NCBI RefSeq assembly: GCF_009914755.1
Contig: NC_060936.1
DNA from: the human T2T-CHM13v2.0 reference genome, Homo sapiens
DNA length: 64,000 bases
Reading direction: 5' to 3' (one strand)
Within the stretch, counting starts at the first letter, position 1. Each line of letters opens with the position of its first letter. Below are positions 1-12,929 of this stretch, piece after piece. The notes under the pieces were generated by a model. The model was not told where the DNA came from. It saw only the letters and a list, made by a program, of their open reading frames with translations, and did not search any database. The position numbers were made by a program, and so were the translations under genes.

Positions 1-1228
1 TAATTCAATAATACAAGTTAATATGGAGGCAAATAATTGTTAACCTTTTTAAATGCTGAATAATGTTTTATTGTTTTAATGTAGAGTAGGATTCTATGAT
101 ATATCTCATTCACTATAAAATACAAAAAAGTTGCTAAGGTTGAACAAAGATTCTCACTTTTTAATTTAATTTTGTAAGTTTTTGATTAATACAGAACATA
201 CAGAATGTTCTTTAAGCAGTATTCACCTTATAATTAATTAATTATATCTTCCTGAATAAAACTATATTGTATATTATTACTATTGTGGTTACATATGTAT
301 ATATAAATATTTGTCATAATTTCCAAAACCAGTATTATCATAGATGGCTACATACAAATCCATACACATATATACATACACATCCATACACATATGTATA
401 TATACACACAAATATACCTATAAAATGCCAAGTATTATACTAAATTATTCTTACCAATTCTGAAATTTAATCATCCAATATCCTATAACATTATTTGTAT
501 TATGTGTCAGTTTTCAAATCAGTGAGCTGAGTGAAAAATAAGTAAAAGTGTATTGATTAGAAGTCTGTGTGTTATGTGCCTCATTATTTCTTGTGAATCA
601 ATTTATAAAACTTGAAATTACAGAGGCAAAGTCAGTGCCATTTTTAATGACACATACAGCTAATTGTTACCTGTTGATAATTCTGCTAATACACATTCCC
701 CACAATTCGTATATGAGAAAGCCCTATTTCTGAATCCTTTACTCTTGAATGTGAGAAAGTTTTTAAAGAACTTGATGTTAGTCAGCTCTAAGGAGTAACT
801 TCATCACTGATTGAGATACTAAGAATTCTCTAAGAAACTTTAAAATAAAAGAACTCAGTGGATTCTTTTGAAAGTTCCACCAGTTTTACAACTCTAGAGT
901 GGTACCATTCAAATGACAGGCCTGCATGTACTTGAAATCAGGAAATCCATCTTTTGTTTTAGCAGCTAAACGTGTCTTTGTCTAAATCTCTATAATTAAA
1001 ACCAAGCATAGAGTAAATATGATGGAAGATTACTATCTGATTCCTACCTCCATATGAAATTGTGTGAAGTTATGTAATTAATGTTTTCAAAGTGTGGGAA
1101 TTCTTTCTTTTCATTGGTTAGCTATATATAATTATATAATCATAATACATCATTTTGAAAAAAATATGATGTGGGAAAATTAACTGCAAGGAATATACAT
1201 TTTATATTGCTTAAAAAGTTCTGTAGTC

Positions 1229-1532
1229 AGCCAGGCACAGCAGTTCATGCCTATAATCCTAGCACTTTGGGAGGCCAAGACGGGCGGATCACCTGAGGTC
1301 AAGAGATCGAGACCAGCCTGGCCAACATGGTGAAACCTCATCTGTACTAAAAATACAAAACAAAAAATTAGCTGAGCGTGGTGGCACATGCCTGTAGTCC
1401 CAGCTACTCGGGATGGCTGAGGCAGGAGAATCGCTTGAACCCGGGAGTGGAGGTTGCAGTGAGCCAAGATCATGCCACTGCATTCCAGCCTGGGTGACAG
1501 AAGGAGACTCCATCTCAAAAAAAAAAAAAAAA
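1229..1532 (+). mobile_element. AluS SINE, full length
   Basis: Dimeric Alu with A-rich linker and poly-A tail; TSD AAAAGTTCTGTAGTCA / AAAAGTCCTGTAATCA. Confidence 0.95.
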
Positions 1533-2539
1533 GTCCTGTAATCAAATAATAATTTTATAAAAGAGTAGTAAGAAAAATTTGAAGAGATTTTGGAATTGCA
1601 CACTCAAGTGGTACATCTCTTCGGCTCCAAAGATGTAACACTGGTAGGTAATCTCAGTAGAAAATCCATAAATAACAAAAACATTTAGTTTTGTATAAAA
1701 GTGAAGCTAAAATTTACTCGTACATCATAAGGGAAACCAATCATCTATACATTGTTTATAACATCAGAAAGCTGAATCAGGTTTTATAGAAATAAAATCC
1801 GGAACAATTAGTTGAGTTTTATCTTCATTTCTTCTGACAAGCTAACAAATGAACAATTTGTAACCTTGAATTGGCTGAATGCATCATTGGATAAAACAAT
1901 TTCATTTATGTATATAAATTTTCTAAGGAATATAGTTATTTTAGTTGTGGAGTATACTTGGTATTTGTGTGTAATGGCTGCTAGTAACTTTATATTGGCA
2001 TTTATTCTTTTCTTATGATAGAACTGCAACATTTTCCTTTTATAATTCTATTACATACACTTTACATTTTCTTTATATATTACACTGTTACATTAGAAAA
2101 ATAACATATACAAACATATATGTAATTTTGTATTTATCAATTTTAAAATATAATGGTAAGAAATTCTAAAACTTATGTAAATTGGACCTAACAAAGTAAG
2201 GGGACTATAATTATATGAAGGATAATTCATGTCATATATGTCCTTGGTGTTGTAAAATATAGATTTCTTTAATACAAAATTAGGAATTCAATTATATATG
2301 CCTATAAAATATGAAATTGACTCATAGAAAATATTATTTTTATCAATCCAGAAGTCATTGGAAAAGAATATATATTAAATTGGCATAAGAGTAGAAAACA
2401 AACTATGTGGATCAATTGAAATTCCCTCAGTTGGAGATGTATAAGGAACTAAATGTTTTAATTATTGTTAAAGGCACTACCTTCTCTCTCTCTGTCTCTC
2501 TCTGCCTTTGTCTTCCCCAACTTACCTATCTATGTATTT

Positions 2540-3510
2540 ATTCTTTAAAAATGTTGTTATGTTGTCTTCTGGCTTTTAATATTTTTTGCTGATTGCTGAG
2601 TCTTACTGCTGCTCTTTTCACACTAACATATATTGTTGGCTTTTTTAACAAGATATTCTTGTTTATAGAAATTTTATTATATGCTAATGGTAATTTTCTT
2701 TGTGTTTATTATGTGTTAAGTTTCTAGAGGTTCTTAAATTTCTAAGTTGATGCGTTTTGTCAGGTTCAGCACAATTTTGTTCACTATTCAAACATTGCTT
2801 GTATCTAATTTCTTTCTCTTTTTCTAATACTCCAGTTACACTTATATTTGACCTTGACATAGTATTCTACAAGACTATTATGTATTGCTTTATCTCTTTT
2901 TCATGACCCAGTTTGGTTCATTTCTATTACTCTACTGAAATTTATGTTAACGCTGTTGATTTTAAAAATTTGGATTTTTTTTTCAACTTTAGAAACTCTA
3001 CTTGACTCATTTTTAAAGATTCATTTTTTCCTTTATTTTCAAAAATACAGCTATATTTATATTAAAATCCTTGATTGCTAAATACAAATATAATCCATTA
3101 TCTGAACCAATTTTTGGTCTGTTATCAGCTTTTTTTCTAGATTTATAGTTCTATGGTCTTTAAAAACATCTCATAATATTTTAATGAATGTTAGTATTGC
3201 CTTGATATAACAACATTTTAGACAACACAGATGTCTAAATGATCATCCTCTGGAAAGAACTCACACTTTTCTCCTTTAGTTTAGGATACATTGTTAGCTG
3301 CTGAACTCTGAATCCAATACGATGCTGAGCTGATCCAAACCTGGGTATGGTTTTGGTAAGGCTCTGCTACCTCTATTCTCCCACCTTTTTGAGGATGTGG
3401 CCCATCTGACCTTTCATATAAGAGCCTTTGCTTGTTGTCAGTTTGTTTAGCAATAAAGGCCTTTTCCCCTGCTGTGACTATATCATCCTTACCCTTATAA
3501 GACCAGAAAG
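2540..3510 (-). mobile_element. Ancient L1M-type fragment, left part, interrupted by the L1PA7
   Basis: T-rich degenerate sequence resembling antisense L1M ORF1/5' region; appears to resume after the L1PA7 tail. Confidence 0.45.
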
Positions 3511-4837
3511 AAAACCTGGGGCAGCTGGCAAGATGGATGAATAGGAACAGCTCCACTGCAGCTCCCAGTGAGATCGAGGTAGAAGGTGGGTGATTTCTGT
3601 ATTTCAACTCATCTCATTGGGACTGCTTGGACAGTGGGTGCAGCACACGGAGGGTGAGCCAAAGCAGGGTGGGCTGTTGCCTCACCCAGGAAGCTCAAGA
3701 GGTCAGGGAATTCCCTCTCCTAGCCAAGGGAAGCCATTAGGGACCATACTGTGCACTCAAGCCCAGATGCTGCACTTTTCCCATGGTCTTCACAACCCAC
3801 AGACCAGGAGATTCCCTCTGGTGCTTACACCACCAGGGCCCTGGGTTTCAAGCACAAAACTGGGTGGCTGTTTGGGCAGACACTGAGCTAGCTGCATCAG
3901 GAGTCTTTCTTCATACCCCAGTGGCACCTGGAATGCCAGCAAGACCGAACTGTTCACTCCCCTGGAAAGGGGGCTGAAGCCAGGGAGCCAAGTGTTCTGG
4001 CTTGGTGGGTTCCACCCCAAAGAGCCCAGCAACCTAAGATCCACCAGCTTGAAATTCTTGCTGTTGGCACAGCAGTCTGAGCTCGACCTAGGACACTTAT
4101 GCTTGGTGTGGGGAGGGGCATCTGCCATTGCTGAGGCTTGAGTAGGTGGTTTTACCCTCACAGTGTAAACAAAGCCACCAGGAAGTTCGAACTGGGTGGA
4201 GCCCACTGCAGCTCAGCAAGGCCCCCATGGCCAGACTGCCTCTCTAGATTCCTCCTCTCTGGGCAGGGCATCTCTGAAAAAATAAAGGCAGCAGCCCCAA
4301 TCAGGGGCTTATAGGTTAAGCTACCATCTCCCTGGGACAGAGCACATGGGGGAAGGGCAGTTGTGGGCACAGCTTCAGCAGACTTAAACATCCTTGCCTC
4401 ACAGCTCTGAAAAGAGCAGTGGATCTCCCAGCACAGAGTTTGAGCTCTGCTAAGGGTGAGATTACCTTCTCAAGTGAGTCCCTGACCCCATGTCTCCTGA
4501 TTGGTAGACACCTCCCAGTAGGGGCCGACAGACACCTCAAACAGGAGAGCTCTGGCTGGCATCTGGCGGGTGCCCCTCTGGGATGAAGCTTCCAGATGAG
4601 GGAACAGGCAGCAATCTTTTCTGTTCTGCAGCCTCCGCTGGTGATATCCAGACAAACAGGGTCAGGAGTGGACCTCCAGCAAACTCTAGCAGACCTGCAG
4701 CAGAGTCGCCTGACCTTTAGAAGGAAAACTACCAAACAGAAAGGAATAGCATCAACATCAACAAAAAGGACGCCCACTCAGAGACCCCATCCGAAGGTCA
4801 CCTACGCCAAAGGCCAAAGGTAGATAAATCCACAAAG

Positions 4838-5844
4838 ATGGAAAGAAACCAGTGAAAAAAGGCTGAAATTTTCAAAAACCAGAACGCCTCTTCTTCTGCA
4901 AAGGATCACAATTCCTTGCCAGCAAGGAAACAAAACTAGACAGAGAATGAGTTTGATGAATTGACAGAACTAGGCTTCAGAAGGTTGATAATAATAAACT
5001 CCTCTGAGCTAAAGGAGTATGTTCTAACCCAATGCAAGGAAGCTAAGAATCTTGAAAAAATGTTAGATGAGTTGCTAACTGTAATAAACAGTTTAGACAA
5101 GAACATAAATGACCTGATGGAGCTGAAAAACAAAGCATGAGAACTTTGTGAAGCATAAACAAGTATAAATAGCCAAATTCATCAAGCAGAAGAAAGGATA
5201 TCAGAGATTGAAGATCAACTTAATTAAATAAAGCATGAAGACAAGATTCAAAAAAAAGAATGAAAAGGAACAAACAAAGCCTCCAAGAAATATGCGACCA
5301 AATTTACATTTGATTGGTGTACCTGAAAGTGACAGGGAGAATGAAACCAAGTTGGAAAACCCTCTTCAGGGTATTATCAGGAAAACTTTCCCAACATAGC
5401 AAGACAGACCAACATTCAAATTCAGGAAATACAAAAAACACCACAAAGATACTCCTTGAGAACAGCAACCCTAAGACACATAATCGTCAGATTCACCAAG
5501 GTTGAAATGAAGGAAAAACTGTCAATGGCAGCCAGAAAGGTCTTGTTACCTACAAAGGGAAGGCCATCAGACTAACAGCAGATCTCTCTGCAGAAACCCT
5601 ACAAGCCAGAAGAGAGTGGGGGCCAATATTCAACATTCTTAAAGAAAAGAATTCTCAACCCAGAATTTCATATCCAGCCAAACTAAGCTTCATAAGTGAA
5701 GGAGAAATAAAATCCATTACAGACAAACGAATGCTGACAGATTTTGTCACCACCAGGCCTGCCTTACAAGAGTTCCTGAAAGAAGCACTGAATATGGAAA
5801 GGAACAACCAATACCAGCCACAGCAAAAACATATCAAATTGTAA
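4838..5844 (+). pseudogene. L1 ORF1p remnant (stops and frameshifts)
   Basis: ATG at 4838 in the L1 ORF1 context, TAA at 5842-5844, several in-frame stops. Confidence 0.85.
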
Positions 5845-7471
5845 AGGCCATCGATGCTATAAAGAAACTGCACCAACTAATGGCCAAAATAAAAAGCTAG
5901 CATCATAATGACAGTATCAAATTCACACATAACAATATTAACCTTAAATGTAAATGGGCTAAGTGCCCAAATTAAAAGACTCAGACTGGGAAACTGGATG
6001 AAGAGTCAAGACCCATCAGTGTGCTGTATTCAGAGACCCATCTCATGTGCAGAGACACACATAGGGTCAAAATAAAGGGATGGAGGAAGATCTACCAAAC
6101 AAATGGAAAGCAAAAAAAAATAGGGGTTACAATCCTAGTCTCTGATAAAACAGACTTTAAACCAACAAAGATCAAAAGAGACGAAGATTGGCATTACATA
6201 ATGGTAAAGGGATCAATGCAACAAAAAGAGAATAACTATCCTAAATATATATGCACTCAATACAGGAGCACCCAGATTCATAAAGCAAGTTCTTAGAGAC
6301 CTACAAAGAGACTTAGATTCCTACACAATAATAGTGGGAGACTTTAACACCCCACTGTCAATCTTAGACAGGACAACGAGACAGAAAATTAACAAGAATA
6401 TTCAGGACTTGAACTCAGCTCTGGACCAAATGGAACTAATAGACATCTACAGAACCCTCCACCCCAAATCAACAGAATATACATTCTTCTCAGCACCACA
6501 TCACACCTACTCTAAAACTGACCACATAATTGGAAGTAAAACACTCCTCAGCAAATGGAAAGGAACAAAAATCATAACAAACAGTCTCTCAGACCACAGT
6601 GCAATCAAATTACAACTCAGAATTAAGAAAATCACTCAAAATCGCACACCTACATGGAAACTGAACAACCTGCTCCTGAATGACTACTGGGTAAATAAGG
6701 AAATTAAGGCAGAAATAAAGAAGTTCTTTGAAACCAATGAGAAAAAAGACTCAACATACCAGAATATCTGGGACACATTTAAAGCAGTGTCTAGAGGGAA
6801 ATTTAAAGCACTAAATGCTCACAAGAGAAAGCAGGAAAGATCTAAAATCAACACCCTAACATCACAACTAAAATAACTTGGGAAGCAAGAGCAAATAAAT
6901 TCACAATCTAGCAAAAGACAAGAAATAACTGAGATCAGATCAGAACAGAAGGAGATAGAGATATGAAAAACCCCTCAAAAGATTAATGAATCCAGGAGCT
7001 GGTTTTTTGAAAATATCAACAAAATCGATTGACCACTACCCATATTAATACAGAAGAAAAGAGAGGAGACTCAAATAGACACAATAAAAAATGATAAAGG
7101 GGATATCACCACTGATCCCACAGAAATACAAACTGCCATCAGAGAATACTATAAACACCTCTATGCAAATAAACTAGAAAATCTAGAAGAAATGGGTAAA
7201 TTCCTGGACACATACACCCTCCCAAGACTAAACCAGGAAGAAGTTGAATCCCTGAATAGAACAATAACAAGTTCTGAAATTGAGGCAGTAATTAATAGCC
7301 TACCAACTAAAAAAAAGTCCAGGACCAGACAGATTCACAGATGAATTCACCCAGTGGTTAAAAGAGGAGCTGATACCATTCCTTCTGAAACTATTCCAAA
7401 CAATAGAAAAAGAGGGAATTCTCCCTAACTCATTTTATGAGGCCAACATCATCCTGATACCAAAGCCCGAC

Positions 7472-8541
7472 TGTTGCGGGAAGTCAGGGACCCCAAACGG
7501 AGGGACCAGCTGAAGCCATGGCAGAAGAACGTAGATTGTGAAGATTTCATGGACATTTATTAGTTCCCCAAATTAATACTTTTGTAATTTCTTATGCCTG
7601 TCTTTACTGCAATCTCTAAACATAAATTGTGAAGATTTCATGGACACTTATCACTTCCCCAATCAATACCCTTGTGATTTCCTATGCCTGTCTTTACTTT
7701 AATCTCTTAATCCTATCAGCTGAGGAGGATGTTTGTCGCCTCAGGACTCTATAATAATTGCATTAACTGCACAAATTGTACAGCATGTGTGTTTGAGCAA
7801 TATGAAATCTGGGCACCTTGAAAAAAGAACAGGATAACAGGAATTGTTCAGGGAACAAGAGAGATAACTTTAAACTCTGACCGCCGGTGAGCCAGGTGTA
7901 ACAGAGCCATATTTCTCTTCTTTCAAAAGCAAATGGGAGAAATATCGCTGAATTCCTTTTCTCAGCAAGGAACATCCCTGGGAAAGAGAATATGTGCCTG
8001 GGGGTGGATCTCTGAACTGGCCTCCCTGGGTGTGGCCGTCTCTTATGGTCGAGGGTGTAGGGGTGAAATAGACCCCAGTCTCCCAAGCATTCCCAGGCTT
8101 ATTAGGAAGAGGAAATTCCCGCCTAATAAATTTTGGTCAGACCTGTTGATCTCAAAGCCCTGTCTCCTGATAAGATGTTATCAATGACAATGGTGCCTGA
8201 AACTTCATTAGCAATTTTAATTTTGCCTCGGTCCTGTGGTCCTGTGATCTTGCCCTGTCTCCACTTGCCTTGTGATATTTTATTACCTTGTAAAGTACTT
8301 GATGTCTGTGGCCCACACCTATTCGCACACTCCCTCCACTTTTGAAAATCCCTAATAAAATCTTGCTGGTTTTTGTGGCTTGTGGGGCATCACAGAACCT
8401 ACCGACATGTGATGTCTACCCCAGATGCCCAGCTCTAAAATTTCTCTCTTTTGTACTCTGTCCCTTTATTTCTCAAGCTGGCCAATTCTTAAGGAAAATA
8501 GAAAAGAACCTACTTGAGTATCGGGGGCAGAGTCCCCGATA
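7472..8541 (+). mobile_element. MER11 (MER11C-like, 1070 bp) LTR, inverted relative to the provirus body
   Basis: Starts TGTTGCGGGAAGTCAGGGACCCC, internal ~90 bp tandem duplication, AATAAA, ends CCCCGATA. Confidence 0.92.
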
Positions 8542-8543
8542 TC

Positions 8544-8561
8544 TGGCGCCCAACGTGGGGC
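8544..8561 (+). promoter_or_regulatory. Primer-binding site, perfect 18-nt complement of the tRNA-Lys(CUU) 3' end
   Basis: TGGCGCCCAACGTGGGGC, 2 nt after the LTR end. Confidence 0.93.
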
Positions 8562-9870
8562 CAGTTTGATTATTCGTCCAAATTTTGATATTTCCTACTA
8601 ACAGCATGTAAAGAGGCTTAACACAACTCTGTATGGGAACAGTCAGGTTGGAGGTAAGTAAAGCAGAATGTCTGGGTCTACGATGATACTGAGAGAGTGG
8701 GACGGTAGTGGGAACAACAGTCAGAATAGTTTTCCCTTCCCATACTCGCAGTCCGGACATGGCACAGCCAATTTCCAAAGTTCTGGGTGTTCTGGGCCCA
8801 GAATGGGAAGTATCATACGAGGCCTCGGAGGGGGCGGTAATGCCTTTATTTTCCCATTTTAAGGGAACGAATGAGCTGATCCTCCTATGCAAAGTTGAAT
8901 GATGATTCTCATTCTCCTGATAAGAAATAAAATTAGCCTCCAGGCTTTCCCTTCCACCAGAGAAGCAATTGTTTTTTAAATAGCCCTTTGGTGCTCAGTC
9001 TATTACTAAACCATATGAGTCATTTTTTAATATTGCTGCATGTGAGTTAACACAATCTTCCAAATTAAAGTTTTAGATGGGCCCTCAAAATTTTTAGGTC
9101 ATGATTTTCCTGCAGGTTTATATTGAAAGTATGGGGTATCTCCCATTACTCCTCCTTTCATTTGTTTTAAAGGAGAAAGGGAGAGGCCAGAGACCAAATG
9201 TCCCGTTTTATCTGTAGCTGATCTTTCCGGAAGATAAACGGCCCAGACTTGAGTTTCTAGATGGATGCAACCAGGTGCATGTCTGAGACACAGAGGCGGG
9301 TATTTATAACCCATGGTAACATTAAATGCAGTGCCTTCTTCTCCTGGTTGAGCAGGGCAATGGTCATCTGTGGCTCCAGGCATCCACACACTATCGTTAG
9401 TGTAGATTTCTGCAGGAGCATCTATCCAGTTGAGACGTTGAATAAGTGGAGGAACAGGCACATAAGCCCAGTAAGAATAATTATGTGTAGCAGATAAATC
9501 AGTGTGAGAGAAAACTGGTGAGACAGAAAGTATGAGGAGGAGAATCATTAAATAAAACCTAGTGTAAGTGAGATTGAGTGCTGAAGGAGGAAGAGAAGAA
9601 CAGAGGGATGTTATTTTCAGGCTAATAGAAATGGCAAGATTTTTACATTTGTAAGGAGAAAAAGAAAGGTAATCAGGAGAAGTGTGATTAGTTAGATGGG
9701 CCTCCATTGCCATCATGGAGGATTGATTTATACCCATTGTTATTTGGTGTGCCTGTTTCTGAGGAGTTGGCACAGATCTCACCACGTCTGAAGGCAGTCT
9801 CTGACACAGACACCTTTTCTCTGTGATTTTCGTTGTCAGTATTCACCTGACGCTTGAGTCTTCTGGGGGG
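8562..9870 (-). pseudogene. env: HML-8 env remnant (signal peptide and SU only; TM missing)
   Basis: NYSYWAYVPVPPLI, YTNDSVWMPGATDD, GYKYPPLCL and CVKPLYMLLVGNI are homologous to HML-2 SU; truncated before the furin site. Confidence 0.88.
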
Positions 9871-12371
9871 TACCCAGACAGGGGATTGATGATCTCCTGG
9901 TGAAACACAAGCATATCCTCTTCCCCACATTATAATTGTGCCAGGTTCTCAGGTATTGGTTTGGGAGTTTTTCCATAACACTGGCTTGCCTTCGTTTAAG
10001 GAGAATTTTTTGCCTGTATAATGGTGTTCGGCTGCAGTTAGAGTATTATCTTTAGGAACAGTTAAAAAATTTAAAGTAAACAATGCCAAATGTAATTGGG
10101 AGTGGGGAGTAGTTAAATCATGTTTTGGTTGTTCAGATTGTTTGGACAATTGGGTTTTTAAAGTGCGATTGGCCTGCTCCACCACAGCCTGTCCCTGAGG
10201 ATTGTAAGGGATTCCAGTAATATGGGAAATTTCCCACTGTTGCATAAATGAATCAAAAACCTTACTAACAATTCTAGGGGCATTGTCTATCTTTATTTGA
10301 TATGGAAGCCTCATAACTGCAAAGCAAGAATATAGATTTTTTTTTAACATGGGCTGTGCCTTCCCCTCTTTGGCAAGTAGCCCAGATAAAACCTGAGAAG
10401 GTATCTACAGAGACATGCACATATGACAGTCTGCCAAAGGAGCTAACATGAGTCACATCCATTTGCCATAAAGCATTAGGAGTTAGGCCTCTAGGATTAA
10501 TGCCAGATTCCTGATTTGGAAGTACGAAGACCTGGCACTGAGGGCAGCTGTGAACAATAAACTTAGCCTGTTTCCAGGTAAGAGCAAACTTATCTTTTAA
10601 TCCAGCGGCATTGACGTGAGCGAGATTATGGAACTCCTGAGCTTCTTGGGTTGCAAAATAGACCAAAGAGTCGACTTTATGGTTACTGGCAGACATGGGT
10701 CCTGGTAAAGTGGTATGAAACCTAGTATGTGTAATATAGAAAGGGTGTCTATGTTGGTGAACCGCCTGTTGTAACCTTGAAAATAAAGAAGCCAATTCAG
10801 AATTATCAATATGTTTGATAGTAGCAGTTTCTATATTTTTAGTGGCATGTACAACATAAGCAGAAGCTGAGACAATATTTAAAGGTTTGGGGAAATCCTG
10901 TATAGCAGTAATCACAGCAATTAACTCCACATTTTGAGCAGAAGTATAAGAGGTAGAAATAAGTTTGTCTGTAGGACCTACGTAACTGGCATTGCCATTA
11001 CTGGAGCCATCATTGAACACTGTAACAGCCTCAGGAATGGGTTGATCTTTGGTTAATAGAGGAACCACCCAAGACATCATTTTTATAAAATCAAACAATT
11101 TGTTTTTTGGATAATGATTGTCAATAACACCAATAAAATCAGCCAAGTGAATTTGCCATGGTACAGAATGTTGAAAGGCAGCTTGAACTTCGAGCCGATT
11201 TAAAGGAATTACAATTAAGTTTGGATCAAATCCAGAAATTTGAAGTATTCTGCACTGAGCCTGTCCAATTAATATGGCTATTTGGTCTAGATAAACAGAC
11301 AAAGTTTTTGACACAGAATGAGGAAGAAAACACCACTCCACTAAATTATTATGTTGAACTATTAGTCCAGTAGGGGAGTGTAATGAAGAAAAACCAGAAG
11401 CTGAAGAGGCTGAAATGGCTGTACTCTAGATAACTGGGCAGTCTGGATTCTTTCCTCTATGAATTCCAGTTCTAGTAAAGCCTCAGGAGTCAAAGTCCTG
11501 GTGCTGCAGGATCGGAATCTCCCCGCAGAGTAGAGAATAAGTTAGACAGCACACAGGTTGGAATGCCTAAAGTAGGTCTTAAATAATTAATGTTACCCAA
11601 AAGTTTTTGGAAGTCATTTAACATTTTTAAAGAATCTCTCCTAATTTGAACTTTTTGAGGTTGAATACATTGTTTATCAACCACCGTTCCTAAATATTGA
11701 ACAGGAGTGGTCTGTTGAATTTTATCCTGAGCGATGTGCAATCCAGCCTCTGTAACACAGTGGCTCTAAATTTGGTAACAGTCAATTAATTGTTTATCAG
11801 TGGGGGCAGCAATTAAAATATCATCAATATAATGAAGAATATAGACCTCAGGAAATTGGGCTTGAACTGGTGAAAGCACTTGTCCAACATAAAGCTGGCA
11901 GATTGTAGGGCTATTTAGCATTCCCTGAGGAAGTACTTTCCATTGATAACGAGCTGCAGGCTCCTGATTATTGATAGATGGTACAGTAAAAGCAAATTTT
12001 TCACAATCCAATTTATGTAAAGCAATATGAAAAAAAACTTTAAGATCAATAACTATGAGAGGCCAATTTTTAGGTATTAAAGCAGGGGCAGGCATTCCAG
12101 GTTGGATGACCCCCATAGGTTTAATCACAGTATTAATGGCCCTTAAATCGGTTACCATCTGCCATTTGCCTGATTTCTTCTTTACTAGAAACACAGGAGA
12201 ATTCCAAGGGGAAAGAGAAGGTTCCACATTTCCAAGTTGCAACTGCTCAGAAACCAATTGATTTAAAGCCTCCAGTTTTTCTTTAGAAAGTGGCCACTGC
12301 TGAATCCAGGCAGGTGTGTCAGATTTCCATTGCAAGGTAATAGGATCAGGAGGCATGGCAGCAGCCGCCAC
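9688..12371 (-). pseudogene. pol: HML-8 pol remnant (RT, RNase H, integrase), frameshifted
   Basis: LPQGMLNSP and YIDD (RT); DGSSNG (RNase H); HNLAH..CPQC, WQMDVTH, PYNPQGQAVVE and [11 protein letters not shown] (IN). Confidence 0.93.
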
Positions 12372-12929
12372 TAAAAATGATAACCTAAACCAGCCCTGTT
12401 TTCTTTTATAGTAACTGGGAGGGGTTTAGTAATCCCTTCATGCTTTGGACCGAGACTGAGTCCAGGAACAAACCCCATATTTTCCATCATATGCTGACTG
12501 GGAGCACTATAAGTGTTATGTGGAATATTAATTTCAGCCTCCCACTGTGCCAGTAAATCTACACCCCAAAGATTAATGGGAATTGGTATGATATAGGGCT
12601 GAATTGTACCCTTTTGACCATCAGGGCCAGTGCAAGGCAAGATAAATGTGCTCTCATAAACTTCCTCAGCCTTTCCAACACCTACTAGTCCCATGTTAGC
12701 CAGATGTTTAAGCCAAGAGGAAGGCCATAAACTAGAGGAAATAACAGAAACATCAGCACCAGTATCTACTAGGCCCTCAAACTTTCTTCCTTGAATGTGT
12801 ATGGTGCAGGTGGGCCGTTGTTTAGAAATTATATTAATCCAATAAGCGGCCTTTTCACCACCGGAGCCCATCCCAGGGCCACATGTCTTATCTACTATGT
12901 TTAAAACAATATTAGGTAGTCAAAGCAAT
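12371..12929 (-). pseudogene. pro: HML-8 pro remnant: dUTPase C-terminal stub, aspartic protease and G-patch
   Basis: GLVDTGADVSVI active site, PINLWGVDLL, G-patch MMENMGFVPGLSLG; protease frame open 12371-12871. Confidence 0.9.

Noticed and set aside
1180-1603. Alu-antisense ORFs (also 31085-31375, 56022-56435, 60232-60473)
   Set aside because: Typical Alu translations (SPRLECSG...), not genes
3590-4823. Overlapping ORFs in the L1 5'UTR
   Set aside because: Chance ORFs in GC-rich UTR with no recognisable domains
7530-7700. ~90 bp tandem repeat as a novel or CRISPR-like array
   Set aside because: It is an intrinsic MER11 LTR duplication, present in both LTRs, with no spacers
7472-8561. Left LTR as an independent solo-LTR insertion into env
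   Set aside because: It has no TSD of its own and carries a PBS; the rest of env and the 3' LTR are absent on its left; the single TSD spans both LTRs
8544-8561. tRNA-Lys gene
   Set aside because: Only the 18-nt complement including CCA is present; it is a PBS with no cloverleaf
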